Notes under the pieces: generated by a model
Told to the model about the DNA's origin: nothing
The model's input: the letters and a program-made list of their open reading frames with translations, nothing else
Database searches by the model: none
Assembly (NCBI GenBank): GCA_964519305.1
Contig: CAZFHY010000003.1
Span: 1 to 64,000 of the forward strand
Source of the DNA: Candidatus Undinarchaeota archaeon
GTDB lineage: Archaea > SpSt-1190 > JASMDC01
DNA length: 64,000 bases
Reading direction: 5' to 3'
Translations under genes and position numbers: made by a program
In this document: one piece after another, positions 19,001-28,610 of the stretch
Layout of the letters: each line of letters opens with the position of its first letter
Numbering within the stretch: the stretch's first letter is position 1

Positions 19001-22000
19001 GCAGATCCCTGCGTATCAGAGGCTTGTTCGACAGTCCCCACTTCGGTGGCCAGGAGCTCTACGGTCTTTAGGAGGTCTGCTGCATTTGACCGGGCTAGCT
19101 GGAGGTCCGTCCCACTGGATGCACCACCTTCATCGATGGCCTTTAGCGCCTCGCGGAGCCGTTTGAGGAGCTGAGCAAGGGTTTCCTCATCGATCAGTCC
19201 CGCCAGTCCCATAGCTTCCACTCTCTGGATGAGCGCTTCGATCCGAGCTCGTGCGATGTCACGGAATATCGTGTCAGCGATGTCAACGGCACCCCCGACA
19301 TCGCCCCCCACCATAAGACCGAAGGCCTTCTCTAGGCTCCTGCGGAGCCGGGCTGCCATCTCGGAAGTGATCTCACCGTTCTGTTCAGCACGGGAGATGT
19401 CCTCCCAGAGCGAGAGCAGCCATTGGCGTACGTCATCAGAGGCAGGTGTCGGTGTGGCCGTAGGTGAGGGTGTAGGCCCGGGTGTGGCAGTGGGGCTCGG
19501 AGGAGGAGTGGGGGATGTAGTGTCCGAGGGATCTGCTGTAGGCGATGCGGAAGGATCAGGAGTGGGTGTAGGTGTGGGCGTGGTCGAGATGCTCGTTGTT
19601 GGTGTTGGCGAGATACCGGGAGGGGTCGTCGGTGATGGTGTGACTGACGGTGTCGCAGTAGGATCGGGAGTTGGGCTGGAGGTCGGCTCTATCGGTTCGC
19701 CTCCGATACACTGGCGGGAGGCGTCGCACGTGCCCCCCCGGGAACAGTCATCGTTCGTGCAACACTCTGCGGCCTCGTCCCAGGTGCCACCACAGCACGC
19801 ACCGGGGCGTCTGCGGCACGCACTCTCGCATGAGATGAATCCTGGAGCGCACAATGAGTCTGAGCATGAATAGCCATCGCAGGCATGACCGCCCCTGCAC
19901 TCCTCGTGCCAGCAGCACGCGGCACCGACGCGCCATCTCCCTCCGCAGCATCTTCCCTCGGTCGAGGGGATGCACTGGGCCTCACAGAACGTGAATCCGG
20001 GCTTGCACGGGGTCGACAGGCTGTAATGGACAGCGTACTCACCGTTACGATTGTCCTCCCATGCCACATGTACTACACCCTCGGCGTCAATGGCCACGGC
20101 CGGTCGACGCTGCTGAGTACCCTCGGGCGAATCGTCCACACGTGCGGGTTCAGTCCACTTCGTATCTCCCTTTGGCATGTAAGCGGTATAGATGTCGTAA
20201 TAGCTGTCCCAGACCACATAGGCGTTGCCGTTGTCCGCCACGGCGAGCATCGGTTCAGCGCGCCACCCATGCGATGCATCGAACACAAGGACCTTGGTCC
20301 CCCAGGTCTGTCCAGCATCATTGCTACGGCTCGTGTAGATATCGTACTCCTCGTCCCAAGCGAGGAGGAACCCCCCGTCCCTTGCGGCCAGGAGCGTGGG
20401 ACGGATCTGCCAGGGGCTTGGGCCAGGGTCCACGCGCGACGGTTCGCTCCATGACCTGCCACCATCAGTGGACCGTGACGTGTAGATCGCCTCTGAGAGC
20501 GAGGACCCCTCCTCCCATACCGCGACTGCGATCCCGTTCCCATCGATAGCCACGGACGGTATCCCGACACGAGCTGACTCACCGGACGCGATCATGACAG
20601 GGTCCGACCAGGTCGAGCCCCAATTGTTCGAGGTCACGGCGTACATAGAACGGTAGCCTGAGGCGATAGCGGTGAACACGGAAATGAGCCGGCCCCCCCC
20701 GAGAGCTATTGTGGCGTCCTTAGGGCTGTCGAGGTCCCCTGAGATAATCCTTGACGGCCCCCACGACGCTCCATTATCGGTCGAACTGGCAACGTACGCG
20801 GCACGTATGCTCCCATCCCTACCGGCCCACGCAGCGAACGCAAGCTCGCTGGGACCGGTCACTACCGTGGGCCTACCTTGGTCCCCGAACGAGATAGAGT
20901 CGACCTGGACCGAAGTGGACCATTCATAGCCTGGTGGTGATGCATGCGAGCTGCGGAGGTGGTAATCGCTCGTACGCGCATCCTGCCAGACAGAGAGCAG
21001 ACCGCCTCCACGGAGACCAACAAGGGCCGAATGGAGCTGTTTTCCCGATGCGCCCCTGTCCACCCTGATGTTCGGTGCGAAGTTCCTGGCGGGATCGATA
21101 CAGATGCCATCGACGCACCGTAGCACACCGGGGCATGGAGTGGAGGCCGAACAAGAGTATGCTGTGCATAGGTGGTTGGCCCCACAATACTGGTCAGTGC
21201 GACAATCCCCGTCATCGCAGCAGTCGCCCTGTGTGAACCACGCATTATCACAACAGACGCCCGGAACGGGACCGCAGGTGAAACCGCACAGGGCGTGGTC
21301 AATGCTGCATTCCGTGCGCGAGCAACGACCATCGAGGCACCTGAATTTGTTTATGCATGGGCTCGTAGCGGTGCACTCCGGTTGTGTGCAGCGGTGGTCC
21401 GTACCACAGATGTTCTCACCGGCACAGCCGCCGTCATGGCAGCAGTCACCACCGGCGTACCATTCGTTCTCACAGCAAACGCCGGGGAGTTGATCGCATA
21501 CCGCTCCACACCGGGTGTGATCAGCCCTGCACTCGGTAGCGGAGCACATGTGATCGACACACTTGAAGTTGCCGGGGCAGTGTGCGGTTTCGGTACACTC
21601 GGGCTCCTTGCAGTGCTTGTCGTCGTCGCAGTACTGCGATCCCGTGCAGTCCCCATCGCCACAACATCCACCTCCGGCGTACCAGATATCATTACAGCAC
21701 ATGCCGGGTGCGGGCTCGCACCATCTATCACACAGGACGCGACCTGTGGCACATTCGTTGGTCGAGCACTCACCATCGACACATCCGAAGCCGCCCACAC
21801 AGATCTCACCATCGTCGATATCGCCATTACAGTCATTGTCGATACCGTCGCACTCCTCGGCAGATATCTCCTCGTAGGTGACGTCAACGAAAAGCCGGAC
21901 CTTGAAAGAGCCGGTCCGACAGTCGAAAGTCCCCACGCAGGCGTCGATAGGGCAGGCACTCACCCACTCGTCCTTGGCAGTGAGGGAAAAACCAAGCATG

Positions 22001-22371
22001 ATCTTATTATTCACGAATCGGCACGCGGGCAGGGGGATTTCGAACGTCTCTTCCTTCCGCCAGGCATCGCACATCGGGCAGCAGCTTATGGGGACCTCTT
22101 CGGCCACGCACTCCAATGTGTCACCATAATCGCCGAACCGGTCGATCTCCACTCCATCTGCCGAGATGATGACCTTTTCTTCTTGCACAGCACAGTCGGC
22201 GGTGGTATCGTCTAGACCATCCAGGTTCCCCTTGAACCGTGCTTTGGCCGTGATCCCTGTGACGCGATAGTCCTGGACCGGCATGGTCAATACCCATTCG
22301 CCGTTCTGTACGTACTCGGCCTCCTCCCAGTTCGCGAGCCTCACCGAAGTGCTGATGCCAAGGCTTAGCAA
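16075..22371 (-). CDS. Giant single-pass surface protein (at least 2098 aa): Cys-rich repeats, Asp-box beta-propeller, Pro/Thr linkers, three helical repeats, Ig-like domain, TM helix, ~240-aa cytoplasmic domain
   Basis: [16 protein letters not shown] motif; Asp boxes [36 protein letters not shown]; [20 protein letters not shown]. The frame stays open to 22458 and the signal peptide begins upstream of TTG 22371. Confidence 0.88.
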   Translation of the reverse strand: MLSLGISTSVRLANWEEAEYVQNGEWVLTMPVQDYRVTGITAKARFKGNLDGLDDTTADCAVQEEKVIISADGVEIDRFGDYGDTLECVAEEVPISCCPMCDAWRKEETFEIPLPACRFVNNKIMLGFSLTAKDEWVSACPIDACVGTFDCRTGSFKVRLFVDVTYEEISAEECDGIDNDCNGDIDDGEICVGGFGCVDGECSTNECATGRVLCDRWCEPAPGMCCNDIWYAGGGCCGDGDCTGSQYCDDDKHCKEPECTETAHCPGNFKCVDHMCSATECRADHTRCGAVCDQLPGVCCENEWYAGGDCCHDGGCAGENICGTDHRCTQPECTATSPCINKFRCLDGRCSRTECSIDHALCGFTCGPVPGVCCDNAWFTQGDCCDDGDCRTDQYCGANHLCTAYSCSASTPCPGVLRCVDGICIDPARNFAPNIRVDRGASGKQLHSALVGLRGGGLLSVWQDARTSDYHLRSSHASPPGYEWSTSVQVDSISFGDQGRPTVVTGPSELAFAAWAGRDGSIRAAYVASSTDNGASWGPSRIISGDLDSPKDATIALGGGRLISVFTAIASGYRSMYAVTSNNWGSTWSDPVMIASGESARVGIPSVAIDGNGIAVAVWEEGSSLSEAIYTSRSTDGGRSWSEPSRVDPGPSPWQIRPTLLAARDGGFLLAWDEEYDIYTSRSNDAGQTWGTKVLVFDASHGWRAEPMLAVADNGNAYVVWDSYYDIYTAYMPKGDTKWTEPARVDDSPEGTQQRRPAVAIDAEGVVHVAWEDNRNGEYAVHYSLSTPCKPGFTFCEAQCIPSTEGRCCGGRWRVGAACCWHEECRGGHACDGYSCSDSLCAPGFISCESACRRRPGACCGGTWDEAAECCTNDDCSRGGTCDASRQCIGGEPIEPTSSPTPDPTATPSVTPSPTTPPGISPTPTTSISTTPTPTPTPDPSASPTADPSDTTSPTPPPSPTATPGPTPSPTATPTPASDDVRQWLLSLWEDISRAEQNGEITSEMAARLRRSLEKAFGLMVGGDVGGAVDIADTIFRDIARARIEALIQRVEAMGLAGLIDEETLAQLLKRLREALKAIDEGGASSGTDLQLARSNAADLLKTVELLATEVGTVEQASDTQGSATVQPTAVRPTTTKDWILALWMEIGRAEGTGEITTEVAQRLRHRLQEALDLIDAGREDEALMIADTISRDVARARVEALIQRLEALGREGRIDKAVLADLLERLMETLRAIEEGDIVTGTADLEQVIARQAATIEAIEVILAKVAEAERTSAPTPAPTPTGGTGPTLSPEDLVSSVREWIQTLREDVQTAEEKGLITAEKATEIHMRLSRARALLEQGRVNAALEEVGRVAPAVARARLEALIERVEALGRDGLLDEDTVAELLARLRNALQELDEDESGTGTLPVFQRMERILGSVDALTDDIEQAASNEIPVTPSTAPAPTMVTTLVPTLMPTTVPTSSPTSLPDGSITLLPTLMPTMVASMVPTMVPTTVPGPTASATGPNGTIIPGTDTGGELITEGIDLDQSSIPSSVPADPVAAAIHDLAEEMGCAAVCAGRPDGCDEACEDLLDVERKVSSPLFQERLLVQMAVSNTPPPGLERHLQSAWRRLGEGDVTGVEETVQRVQGIITERLAIDVAVNTVSKSSFTPQIEPEEVAIPSVLELFDIERSLGETAEKIVDGVVTASKAVRERMGVVIKGHVMEVALQTADGTGEPKIATVVTLSVENTGTEDEEDFCVLQLIPKELAASVSSVTFRQDVRVVVNDPVVLWSVDRLKSGSKVDLSFSVQKKVSQDDVKASRITFLKLPGSQCRELSITPGGGGGWGTSTAGGALSTIKMIVPWIAVLMVLSLIGATVRHRFKRGPSTLALSISRQAGYTALTATARNAGHTPMLDVVIEFELPGELAPPPGVSLQEAVGTIPADGYHMSMLYVSPLTPARSTVGAIINYRRGGKPTTERAAPVSVASVLPLISPLTMDEEAFEEATSGLIGTTRSLSVKGGMRSVLESVKHVCTPLAKAFAHRRPGERVDEGYIGREGTTGETVAVKVHGKRGVLGVSITITCLAGTKETAEALADELVDLVTGKESPSYYGTRYA
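18180..19440 (-). repeat. Three ~105-aa helical protein repeats within the 2098-aa protein
   Basis: W(L/I)xxLxxxxxxAExxGxITxExA...ARAR(I/V/L)EALIxRxEAxGxxGxxD occurs three times, separated by Pro/Thr linkers. Confidence 0.85.
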
Positions 22372-22589
22372 AAGAATGGCGAGGATGCCGAAATGGACGA
22401 CCGGCCGATACCGAGTTATGACGATGATAGTCCCCTCTCTATCCAGATTATCTTTTCGTCACTCTGGTATAAATAGGTTGGCGACATGTCAAATAGACAA
22501 AATTAGTATTATATGACCAATATCTGTTTTGTCCAATAATGGGGTTCGTATAGGTTACTTTAATAAAGGCCGAACACTCTTGTATAGAA

Positions 22590-24713
22590 TTGGTGACCCA
22601 TAATTTATTGAGGACGTACGGGAACGGTTCGGGGTATAGTGGGATCTGTTCACGACAACTCTGGACGTTTGCTACGACCGTCATTCTCCTCATCGCCACG
22701 GCGACCGCTCTTCCCCAGTGCACCGGTCATGAATGGTCGGTACAGTGGATGGCAGGTATGTTCCTTGACGACGACCATGGGTTCCTTTTTCCTGAGGACC
22801 CGCTCATGGACGTGGCCTACAAGCGGATGGATGTCACTGTTGAGGTGAACATCCGTATCACGGACAGAGAGGCGTGCTCCCCGCGGACGTTCAAGCTGGA
22901 AGTATTGCCCGCACCGGAGGTAGAGCATGGGCTTTGTCAATCCCTGACGCCGTCTCCCATCGTCTTCTCCGTTGGCAAGGATTATGAGACCGGTAGCGGG
23001 AAGTACACGGCCGTTGTGGACATCAAGACGGGATTCCGTACGGGGACCTGTTCACTCCTCTTCACGCTCAAGAACGGAGCTAGCGAGACCAAGCGGCTCG
23101 ATATCCCCGTGGAGCTATCACCGGGCGACTGTGCCCAAGAACCTGACCTGGCCGTCATCGGACAGGCCCGCGACGACCAGCGAATAGCCGTACAACGGCC
23201 CGACCTCTTGGGGCTGTGTGAACCTGGGAGACGGTCGGAGAACGGAGTCTGCTGTCCGGAGGGCGATGTCTGCTGTCTTGACGACAGCCAGTGCGCACCC
23301 TTCGGAAGATGTGTATTCTTGGATGCGGATGCTGGCGAACGGGTCAGCTCGCTCTTCATACCGGCACGTTGCGATATGAATCGGAACGTCTGCGTACTAC
23401 CTCCTGCCGACGGATGGATCACATGCGACGCGTCCAAGGGTGAGATCTGTAGTGAGGGTGCACGGGGTTGTACGAACCTGGACGTCTCGGGGAGCGAGCT
23501 CGCCATTTTGGACACGACGCTCCGCCCCCTCTGGTTCAACCGGTACCCCAGAAAGATGCATATCCCAGTCACGGTGACGGTCGTCAACAGAACGCTCCAT
23601 CGCATTCAGGACGCCACGGTAATCGCACGGTTCGAGGGCAAGAGCCACATGCTCAACACCACTTCGGACGGGCAGTTCACCGCATCGATCGAACCCAAGG
23701 GAATTGGTGGGAACTACCTAATCCTGGCAGCCCGGAAGGATGAGACCTTAGCAAAAGGGGTCACCTACATATCCATGGCAGCGAGGCTGGACCTCAAGTT
23801 CGATGTGGAGACCACCGGCCCGGGAATCTACACGATCGAACATCGCGCCACTGATGCCAACAATCATAGCGTACCGGACACGAAGGTCCATGCGTTCCTT
23901 GACGGAAAAGCACTGGAGCTGCCTGCCGACGGAGTGCTCCAAATTCCTGACAGCACCGGTTTCCACCTACTTCGCGTGTGTGTCAGTCGGGAACACTTCA
24001 CACCATTTCTATCCTGCGCCGAAGGTGACTTCTGCTGTCGTTCACGCTATCTGATGCCCTTCGATTCATTGAGACCGCTCACCCTTTCAGCAGATGCGAC
24101 CGGGGCTATGCTCCTATCACGGGGGGGTGTCGCGACCCTTCCCCTCACATTACGGAACGAAGGCGCCACACCGCTTGACATAACCATGGACATCATCACG
24201 CCTCCGGGAACACCAAAGGGCATTGCCAAGGTCGGTACCGTCCCCTCTTTCCTTCCCGCGGGGGGTGAATCACGGTTCGCGCTCAATGTGGCCATCCCGG
24301 ATGGATTTCCCTGCCGCGAGATACCTTTGACGGTCCGTGTGAGCTCCGGTGACCTCGCCGTCGGCCTGCCCCTCATCGTTGATGTCAAATGTGATATCGC
24401 GAACATAGGGCTTGAGCTTGCAGAGAATGGGCGGGTGCTGGACGAACTGGACAGGCGCGCGAAGACGCTCCCCAAAGCAAGGCTCGCATTGACAGCAGCA
24501 CGTATGGCCTACATACAGGCCGTTTATGAGGCCGGGCTGGGACGGATCGACCGGGCTACTGCATTGAACGCTACGGCACTTACCTTCATGGGGGATGCCC
24601 TGGGCGTGCTCACGGAGGCAGGTGCAGCGCCGAGAGAGGTCAACACGACGGTCCTTGCCATGTTCCTCTCGGCGATCCTCATCGCTACAATCGTCTTAAT
24701 ACGTGAGGGGTGA
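22590..24713 (+). CDS. Single-pass surface protein, paralog of the C-terminal stalk of the giant protein at 37263
   Basis: Signal-like LWTFATTVILLIATATA; ENGVCCPEGDVCC and LRVCVSREHF...CCR match segments of the giant; C-terminal TM VLAMFLSAILIATIVLI. Start position uncertain. Confidence 0.82.
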   Translation: MVTHNLLRTYGNGSGYSGICSRQLWTFATTVILLIATATALPQCTGHEWSVQWMAGMFLDDDHGFLFPEDPLMDVAYKRMDVTVEVNIRITDREACSPRTFKLEVLPAPEVEHGLCQSLTPSPIVFSVGKDYETGSGKYTAVVDIKTGFRTGTCSLLFTLKNGASETKRLDIPVELSPGDCAQEPDLAVIGQARDDQRIAVQRPDLLGLCEPGRRSENGVCCPEGDVCCLDDSQCAPFGRCVFLDADAGERVSSLFIPARCDMNRNVCVLPPADGWITCDASKGEICSEGARGCTNLDVSGSELAILDTTLRPLWFNRYPRKMHIPVTVTVVNRTLHRIQDATVIARFEGKSHMLNTTSDGQFTASIEPKGIGGNYLILAARKDETLAKGVTYISMAARLDLKFDVETTGPGIYTIEHRATDANNHSVPDTKVHAFLDGKALELPADGVLQIPDSTGFHLLRVCVSREHFTPFLSCAEGDFCCRSRYLMPFDSLRPLTLSADATGAMLLSRGGVATLPLTLRNEGATPLDITMDIITPPGTPKGIAKVGTVPSFLPAGGESRFALNVAIPDGFPCREIPLTVRVSSGDLAVGLPLIVDVKCDIANIGLELAENGRVLDELDRRAKTLPKARLALTAARMAYIQAVYEAGLGRIDRATALNATALTFMGDALGVLTEAGAAPREVNTTVLAMFLSAILIATIVLIREG

Positions 24714-25957
24714 TCGTCGTTACTAAAGGCGATGATGAGCCGGATAGCTTGAAGGACGACCACCATGAGTCATCGCCTGACGAGCCTGTCGACCGTAGGG
24801 ATTTCATCAAGAAAGGTCTCATCTACGGAGGAGGGTTCTGCCTCTCTACGGCCATGATCAAGATGCTACTGGATACTGGCACCGTGGGTTCCCTCAATAC
24901 ACAGGATATCCCCGGTCTTTCGTCAAGAGGTCCCGGGCATGAGGTCATGCTAAAAGAGGCCCGTTGGGGAACACCAGGGCCTGACGACTTCGTTCAATGC
25001 GGACTGTGCCCGAACCTATGCAACCTCGCCCCCGACGGACGTGGTATCTGTCGCACGCGGTTGAACAAGGGTGGAAGGCTCTATACACTGGCATATGGCA
25101 ATCCCTGCTCTGTCGCCCAGGATCCAATGCAACAGGCGCCTTTCTATCACTTCAAGCCCGGCACCACGACGCTCTCCCTTGCGGTCGCGGGATGCAACTT
25201 CCGATGCCTCAACTGCCAGAACTGGGAGATATCGCAGAAAGGCCCGGACGAGACCGATAACGAGCTGCTCTCTCCCCTCCAGGCCGTGGAGAACGCAAAG
25301 GCACTAGGAGTCTCTGCCATCACCTTCACCTACACCGATCCGGCGGTGCTCTTCGAGTACGTCTATGATGTGTTCAAGGTGGCGCGTGCTGCGGGTCTCG
25401 CTACACTACTGAAGTCGAACGGGTACATCAATCCCGAACCTCTGGAGGAGCTCATTCCAGTGACCTCCGGGGCCAGCATCGACGTCAAGGGTTTCACCGA
25501 TAAGTTCTACGAGGAGGTGTGCGGCGGGACGCTCCAGCCCGTGCTCGACACATGTGAGCTGCTCAAGGAAAAGGGCGTCTGGTTGGAGATACCCAACCTC
25601 GTCGTTCCGACATTCTCCGATGATATGGACATGATACGTGACATGGCTAGATGGATTGTGGAGAGCCTCGGCCCCGACGTACCGCTCCACTTCATGCGGT
25701 TCATGCCCGAATACAAGCTCGACACGCTCCCCTTGACATCGCTAATGACCCTTACCAAGGCACGCAACACTGCACTCGCGGAAGGACTCAACTACGTCTA
25801 TATCGGGAACGTGCCCGGAGCGAGCATTGCCGACACGGTCTGCCCGAAATGTGGTGTCACAGTCGTGGAACGTGAGGGTGTAGAGGTAATCAAGAACCTC
25901 ATGAACAGCAGTAAGTGCCCATTCTGCGGGGAGATCATCCCTGGGGTGTGGACCTGA
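24710..25957 (+). CDS. amrS: AmmeMemoRadiSam-type radical SAM enzyme with twin-arginine signal
   Basis: VQCGLCPNLC...GICRTR; YGNPC...DP...PFYHFKPG; GCNFRCLNCQNWEISQ; PLHFMRFMPEYKL; GLNYVYIGNV; CPKCG and CPFCG; N-terminal DRRDFIK plus hydrophobic stretch. GTGA overlap with the upstream gene. Confidence 0.9.
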   Translation: MIVVTKGDDEPDSLKDDHHESSPDEPVDRRDFIKKGLIYGGGFCLSTAMIKMLLDTGTVGSLNTQDIPGLSSRGPGHEVMLKEARWGTPGPDDFVQCGLCPNLCNLAPDGRGICRTRLNKGGRLYTLAYGNPCSVAQDPMQQAPFYHFKPGTTTLSLAVAGCNFRCLNCQNWEISQKGPDETDNELLSPLQAVENAKALGVSAITFTYTDPAVLFEYVYDVFKVARAAGLATLLKSNGYINPEPLEELIPVTSGASIDVKGFTDKFYEEVCGGTLQPVLDTCELLKEKGVWLEIPNLVVPTFSDDMDMIRDMARWIVESLGPDVPLHFMRFMPEYKLDTLPLTSLMTLTKARNTALAEGLNYVYIGNVPGASIADTVCPKCGVTVVEREGVEVIKNLMNSSKCPFCGEIIPGVWT

Positions 25958-27539
25958 AGGCCCCTAAAGGACGCGTATTGTACTCCGCTTGATACTCCAG
26001 ATGTCTCTCATCGGACGGGTAGCCCTCTCCTGCTGGAGGCGGGTACGTGGACATGTTGTGGAACGGGAGTGGTGCTACCGTATCGTACGCTGGTGATTCC
26101 TCGTACAACTCCTTGAAGAACAGGTTCGCCCTTACCATGAATGTGCGCACCGAACCATCGGCCAAAGGCGGAAGGTCGCCTGCGTCGAAGGAGACCGCTA
26201 CCTCGTCACCAGGGCCCATGATGGCGAACAAGTCATCCCCGGGGACCATGAGAGAGAGCACATCACCGTACCGTGTCAGGTCACCCGCTACAGCAGGGAC
26301 CTCCGGCCCCTGCCAGTCACTCTGGTAATCAAACACCGGGAACGGGCCCTTGAGGGGCAACGGTGAGGGGAAGCCGCGGTATCCGAGCTTGGCCTTGACC
26401 GGTGACAGTTCAGTGACCACGGTGGATGCGGATGGTAGTCGTTTAGTGACGAGCACACGATCCCAATACACAACGAGTCCTGTAAGGATACGAACCCTGG
26501 TGTCATCAGGATCTACAACTCCCGTGAGGTCGAGGGTGACCGTCTTTGGAGGGAGACCTGCGGGGAAGGGGGCGTTCTCCATCACGGTCCGCCATCCTCC
26601 CTGGCCGTCGGGGACCTGGACCGTGGGCAGGACCATCCGTATACCATCGTTCCACGCCGGGATGGTGGAGTAGGCCTGTGGGTAACGCGTTCCGCCTGTG
26701 AGGAGGATGAGCACACGGTCTGCGTTCGTCACGTCACCAACGTCAACGATCAGAGCATGTGGTTCCGCGAATCCCTCGTATGGCATGATCTCGACTGGGG
26801 CGTACCGTCCGTCAACTGCCTCAAGCATTGGTGACAGGTCCCGTCCGGAATCATCGGTCACGGCGACAGGTGACCGCAGGTCGTCCGCGAGCACGATGCC
26901 ATCGGGAAGATAGGGGGGGAACATCCGGACGCCCTCGATAGGGAAGGCCGACGTGCCCTCGGGGTGGTCGACGGCAACGAGTTCGATTCCGTCGAGGAAG
27001 GTGATCTCAGCGAGCTGCTCCACTATGCGGAGCTCGAAGGTCCCGTCGCGCTCGTGCGGGAGGCCAGGCGGCAGGAGGATCCATTCCACTGGATCTTGGA
27101 ACTTCGTCAGGTCAGGTGTGAGGGGGAAGCCCACAACACCGTTGCCGACCATATCGGTGACGAAGGTGAAATCCTCGCCGTCCGAGGCGTACAGTATGGG
27201 ACAGGAAGACTTCACCGGGATCCCAGGGCAGCTGCAGTCGTCGAGACACTCCCCGGGGCAGAGCTCCGCGTCCGTACCGTCGCACCGCTCCGTGACATTG
27301 TCGTCATTGGGCCCTTGGACAGCACCGTCGCCGCAGTAGCCGGCGCATACGCAGCGTTCCGGATCGATGGTCGAGTCCATATCGCATGCAACGCAGTCGC
27401 CAAGGTCCGAGCCATCGCATGCCTCCCTGGCCTCGCGCACACCGTTCCCGCATGCACCTTGGCCTACATCCGTGCGTTCACCGATGCATCCGGCAACAAG
27501 GGCCAGGGCCATGATGAGGGCGATGGCACGACGCACCAT
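25935..27539 (-). CDS. Lipoprotein with Myxococcales-type Cys repeats and a C-terminal SCP-x-L(Y/F) domain like that of bacterial ASPIC/CRTAC1-associated proteins
   Basis: Lipobox MVRRAIALIMALALVAGC; CGNGVRE..EACDG and CGDGAVQ...ERCDG; SSCPILYASDGEDFTFVTD...TRYGDV...GDEV...PLPFHNMSTYP...YQAEYNTR. Confidence 0.8.
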   Translation of the reverse strand: MVRRAIALIMALALVAGCIGERTDVGQGACGNGVREAREACDGSDLGDCVACDMDSTIDPERCVCAGYCGDGAVQGPNDDNVTERCDGTDAELCPGECLDDCSCPGIPVKSSCPILYASDGEDFTFVTDMVGNGVVGFPLTPDLTKFQDPVEWILLPPGLPHERDGTFELRIVEQLAEITFLDGIELVAVDHPEGTSAFPIEGVRMFPPYLPDGIVLADDLRSPVAVTDDSGRDLSPMLEAVDGRYAPVEIMPYEGFAEPHALIVDVGDVTNADRVLILLTGGTRYPQAYSTIPAWNDGIRMVLPTVQVPDGQGGWRTVMENAPFPAGLPPKTVTLDLTGVVDPDDTRVRILTGLVVYWDRVLVTKRLPSASTVVTELSPVKAKLGYRGFPSPLPLKGPFPVFDYQSDWQGPEVPAVAGDLTRYGDVLSLMVPGDDLFAIMGPGDEVAVSFDAGDLPPLADGSVRTFMVRANLFFKELYEESPAYDTVAPLPFHNMSTYPPPAGEGYPSDERHLEYQAEYNTRPLGAFRSTPQG

Positions 27540-27557
27540 GCCCATGAACGGCGAGCG

Positions 27558-27570
27558 TATATTATATAAT
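27558..27570. promoter_or_regulatory. Bidirectional TATA element between the divergent lipoprotein and flippase-like genes
   Basis: TATATTATATAAT lies in the 64-bp gap between starts 27539 (-) and 27604 (+). Confidence 0.6.
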
Positions 27571-27603
27571 TGGATGTCGTGCACCATAGGATAGGCGAAT
27601 CCC

Positions 27604-28575
27604 GTGGACGACGATGACGGAGTGGATGACGCGAAAGGATCGGTCGAGAATGATTCCCGACATCCCGGTGCCTTCGTGCGGACCCTGCTTACGGTACTCG
27701 TTATAGGCGTCGTGCTATCTTCCATCGACCTCGGTGTATTCACCGGTCCCGGACTGCGGATACGGGGGCTCCATCTGGGGATCGCCTGTATCCTTGCACC
27801 GGTATTCCTCCTCCTCAAGGCGTCCAAGTGGCACATCCTCGCCAGGACGGTGCGGGACGTGGGCTTCAAAGAGAGCGTCCGGTCCTTCATGGTGGGTATG
27901 AGCATTGGTATACTGACACCTGGCAGGGTGGGCGAGGTGGCCCGGGCCAGCCAGTTCGAGGGTGACAGGGGTAAGATGGTCACTCTTGTGGCTCTTGACA
28001 AAGCCATGGACGTATTCGTGGTGGTGGTCCTAGGGATCGTGTTCGGTCTATCTATCGTACCCCCGGCGCTCACAGCAGCCTACGTTGTAGTGGCCGCACT
28101 GGCCCTGGCGTTCATGGCTCGACCATATACGGCCGTGATCCGCTCCGCCGCCGCACTTGAGCGACTCCCGTGGGTAGGCGATGGCACGCTCCCGGGGGAT
28201 GTCAAGGGAGCGGCCGTGTCCCCCTCGACGCTCGCACTGCTCAAGGCGCTCGTTCTGACTGTTCTGGCCTATTGCACGGTGATGGTCCAGTTCCATTTCC
28301 TTCTCCTGGGCTTCGGGGCCATCCTCGGTCTCGGGACGACGCTCGCTGTCCTTCCTATAGTAGTGCTGGTGAAGTCCGTACCCATCACCATCGCTTCCCT
28401 GGGAGTACGCGAGGGGACCGCTATGGTCGCTTTCGGACCGTACGGTGTCAAGCCTGAGGTCGCCGTTGCCGCGGCGTTCGCCTCCTTCCTCGCCACGACC
28501 GCGGTGGCCGCGCTCGGAGGGCTGACGGTCGTATGGGCTGATCGCCCTGAGAATGACGAGCCCGGCCCTCGATAA
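27604..28575 (+). CDS. Lysylphosphatidylglycerol-synthase TM-domain / flippase-like membrane protein (UPF0104)
   Basis: LKASKW; GILTPGRVGEVARA; DKAMD; PITIASLGVREG motifs; multiple TM helices. Confidence 0.88.
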   Translation: MDDDDGVDDAKGSVENDSRHPGAFVRTLLTVLVIGVVLSSIDLGVFTGPGLRIRGLHLGIACILAPVFLLLKASKWHILARTVRDVGFKESVRSFMVGMSIGILTPGRVGEVARASQFEGDRGKMVTLVALDKAMDVFVVVVLGIVFGLSIVPPALTAAYVVVAALALAFMARPYTAVIRSAAALERLPWVGDGTLPGDVKGAAVSPSTLALLKALVLTVLAYCTVMVQFHFLLLGFGAILGLGTTLAVLPIVVLVKSVPITIASLGVREGTAMVAFGPYGVKPEVAVAAAFASFLATTAVAALGGLTVVWADRPENDEPGPR

Positions 28576-28610
28576 CCTTTTATTAAACAACAGAACGTAA
28601 CATCGAACGA

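Noticed and set aside
17242-19873. Long plus-strand ORFs (e.g. 17585..19174, 529 aa)
   Set aside because: Antisense shadows of the GC-rich 2098-aa gene; Ser/Arg-rich with no motifs. The same applies to most short ORFs in the track.
20010-21090. Active sialidase
   Set aside because: Asp boxes indicate a BNR propeller, but I could not identify the RIP motif or Arg triad, so it is called only a propeller domain.
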